DNA from: Pelagomonas calceolata
Taxonomy: Eukaryota
Length of the DNA stretch: 64,000 bases
Direction of reading: 5' to 3'
NCBI GenBank assembly: GCA_918797485.1
Contig: CAKKNE010000001.1
Coordinates: forward strand, 1,302,001 to 1,366,000
Each line of letters opens with the position of its first letter. Within the stretch, counting starts at the first letter, position 1. A model generated the notes under the pieces. The model was not told where the DNA came from and did no database searches. It worked only from the letters and a program-made list of their open reading frames with translations. This document shows positions 61,173-64,000 of this stretch, one piece after another. The position numbers and the translations under genes were made by a program.

Positions 61173-64000
61173 TCAGGCCGCGTCCTCCGCGTGCGCCTTG
61201 AGGAGCTCGAGGAGGAAGAGCCGCTTGTCGAGCACGCGGCCGTCCGGCAGCAAGATGACGAAGTCGACGCCCGCCCAGATCGTGTAGGTCCAGTTGCCCT
61301 TGCAGTGGACGGTCGGGTCAAAGACCTCCAGGAGCGAAGAAGGCGACTTCGTGACGTCGCGGATGTCCATCCCGCGGAAGATCAGGGCCGCGCCGGCCGC
61401 GAGCGCGCGCAGCGTCTTGGACTCGAAGACCCAGGCGGGCATGGCGTCCCATCTGGACACGTTGAGCTTAGGCATGACCGTCGCGAAGTCGTCGACGAGG
61501 AACCACTCCGTGAGCTTCGAAGAGTTCGGCTTGTGGAAGCGGATCCAGAAGTAAGGCACCGACACCGCGAGCGGCGGGAACCCGAGCTGCGAAGACAGGA
61601 GCGCCGAGCCGCGCCGCGCGCACGTCGGGGGCGAGGAGAAGTCGATCTGCTTGTAGTCGACGCCCGCCGAAAAGAGCGACGACACCGCATCAGAAGAGCC
61701 GCCCGCCGCCGAAGACGGCACGAGCGCCCGCGAGCGCTTCGCGCGGCGCGGCGCGACGACGAGGGTGCCGGGTGCGACGCCGGCCGTGGTGAGCGCGAGC
61801 GCCGAGCCCGAGGCGGCGACGCAGGCGACGCTGGACCAGAGCAAGCACTTGCAGTCGAAGAACAAGCCGTTCGACCGCTTGAGGAGGTTCAAGATCACAG
61901 CAGTCGACTCGAAGTACAAGCCGCGCGGAAACACGGCGCGGACCCACGACGGCAGCTTGCGCAGGTCCTCGACTCGTATCTCCAAAGGAACCCAGAGCAG
62001 CGGCAATTTCATCTTCATCGCGTCCAGCATCGTCTTTCTGCCGACCCATAAGATCCTTGCGAGGGCGTAGCGGCCGAAGACGCACCGGAAGATGCTGATA
62101 CCCTTCTCGAAGCAGACCTTCCCGTAGATGAGAGCCATCTGCATCGCGAACATGAGGATCTTGTAGATGTAAAATCTAATGCCATTGCTACTCTTCGACC
62201 GGTTCTTCTCGTCCAGCTTCTCCAAATCGTCAATCATAGAGCCCCCGCCGACCGTGCACGTCCCCTTGATGACCGCAAATAAATTGAAGCGTAGTAACAG
62301 GGCGCCGAGGCAGCTCGAAGGCGTCTTCCCCGGAGGTAGATCGTTCAGGGCCTCCCGAGCCTCTGGAGTCTCGGGCTCCGCCTCGGCTTTGCGCACCGCC
62401 GCCGTGAGGGGGTCGTCGTCGTCATCATCATCATCGTCGCCGGCGCGCCGCAGTGGAGGCATGGGCGCGTCCGAGCCGCCGAAGGCCGCCGATTCAGCCG
62501 CACCGCGCGTCAGACCGGCACCATCTAAAGAAGAGAGGGGCGCGTCGCGCTGAGAAGACGCCGAGGCGTCCGAAGCAGCAAGCGCGCGGAGCGCGCGCGA
62601 CGGCAGCGAGCGCAACGTGTCGTCAGAGGCGCCCGCCGTCGGATCATCTAAAGCGTCGAGCGCGCGGGCACCATCGAGTAGATCGGCGCGGGGCTTCTCG
62701 GGCGGCACGTCGCCGCCCGCAGCACCGCCAAACGCCGAAGCCGCGACGACGCGCCGCGCCGCGAGCGGCGCGGCGCGCATCGTCGCGTCCTCAACTAAAG
62801 CGGCGGCCGGCGCCGCGCCGCCGCCGACGGGCAGCGCGCCGCGCGCGTCGCCGCAGATCGCCGCTGCCGACGCGGCGACGGCGTTCACGTCGCCGAGCGG
62901 CGCGCGCCGCGGGGACGGCGCCTTCGCCTCGGCGGCGAGCTGCGCCGCGCGCTCCTTGCGCAGCTCGGCCTCGAGCTTCTCCTTGGCCTGCGCGACCAAA
63001 CAGTCGGCGTGAACGCGTCGCGTCGATGGCGTGAAGGTCGACGCGACACTACCGTTCCAGGCTGAAGGTCTCGGACTCGGGAAGCACGCCATCATCACGT
63101 GCTGGCGCGTCGTCTCCGCGGCGACCGTCAGACACCGACTCAGCGTGTCCATGAGGCCCCGTAGCTTCATCTCCCGCGACATGCCGTCCGTCCAGGCGAT
63201 CTCGATGAACTCCGTCCCGAACAGGGCCCACTCCTCCTTCGACATCTTCTCCAACAAGACCTCGAAGATGGCCTCGCACCTAGCGTCGCCCCAGCCCCAG
63301 TAATCGCCCCTCACGCCGCTGGGGTTGCCAAAGGGCACCTGGCCGTCGTGCTCGTTCTTGTAGTCATCTGGATGATAGAAGTCCGTCGGCGTGCCTGCGG
63401 GGACGTCGACCAGTGGACGAGGGCCACGCAGTCGAGCACGTCGTGTCGATGGCGTAGAGGTACTTCGGCGGTCGCATCGAGTCGAAGGCGCTTCGCGGAC
63501 ACTGTGCGAGTACTGTCGCGCTGCGAGGACCGCACTTCGTCGCGCGCCTTGGCGTCCGCGACCATAGCATCTTGCCGCTCCCGGCGGAGCTGGTCCCAGA
63601 ACGCCCGGCCTCCGCCGCCGGTGCGCTCGAGGAAGTCGTCCCTGCCCATATTCAATTCGAACGACGCCGGGTCCACGAGCGCCTCGCGCCACTTGGCCTC
63701 CCGCGCCGCGTCGTCGTCGTCCGGGAACTCGAGGTCGAGCTCGCCGTCCTCCCGTAACTTGGCGCGCTTCGCTTCCTTGGCGTCGGTCTCGTCCGGCTGT
63801 GCGGCGCGCGCGAGCCGGTCCCGGAGGTACATTTGCACGGCCGTGCGGTTCGTGCCGCGGCCGCCGTCGCCCTTACAAATGACGGCCAGGTCTTCTTGTG
63901 AGAGGCCCGTGAGCGGCACGTCGTCGACGTTCGACGCGTCCATGCGCGTGAAGAAGTCCGCGTGACCGCGGGGCAGCAGCTCCGTCGGCCCGCCGAACTC
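61173..64000 (-). CDS. Large hypothetical protein, multi-exon, possibly 5' partial
   Basis: Coding-like frames 63943-~63510 and ~63394-61173; probable introns near 63395-63512 and 62988-63089, with uncertain boundaries. A hydrophobic stretch lies near 62100-62300. Confidence 0.5.

Noticed and set aside
60807..62051. 414-aa plus-strand ORF
   Set aside because: Overlaps two better-supported genes and has Arg-rich, non-coding-like composition.

Overview
Gene-dense, GC-rich eukaryotic nuclear DNA with about 35 protein-coding genes, very short intergenic gaps and few short introns. It is probably a stramenopile alga with a secondary plastid: several proteins carry signal peptides followed by ASAF/AEAF/ATAF. 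Introner-type introns suggest a pelagophyte such as Pelagomonas or Aureococcus (inference). Recognisable genes include an AGC kinase-ankyrin fusion, myosin, BMS1, a SNF2/RAD54-like helicase, SNW1/SKIP, TMEM222/RTE1, an RPE-like protein, plastid bTHX/PSRP4, a PRMT7-like enzyme, an ABCG transporter and an UNC-93-like MFS protein. Four structures stand out that the ORF track does not show. (1) A tRNA-Trp(CCA) gene sits in sense orientation inside the only intron of the plastid ribosomal protein gene and has no nearby oligo-dT Pol III terminator. (2) A ~23-bp bipartite motif, GCTAGCG-N(2-4)-GTAAGACACTAG, recurs at least 10 times, only upstream of genes or between divergent genes. (3) An introner family has 15-bp TIRs and 8-bp TSDs and appears to splice in both orientations, with the intron copy of the TSD drifting toward a canonical GT donor. 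(4) A 1.1-kb element has ~200-bp TIRs capped by 28-bp palindromes and telomere-like repeats. All splice models were derived by eye from frame restoration, and no database searches were run.
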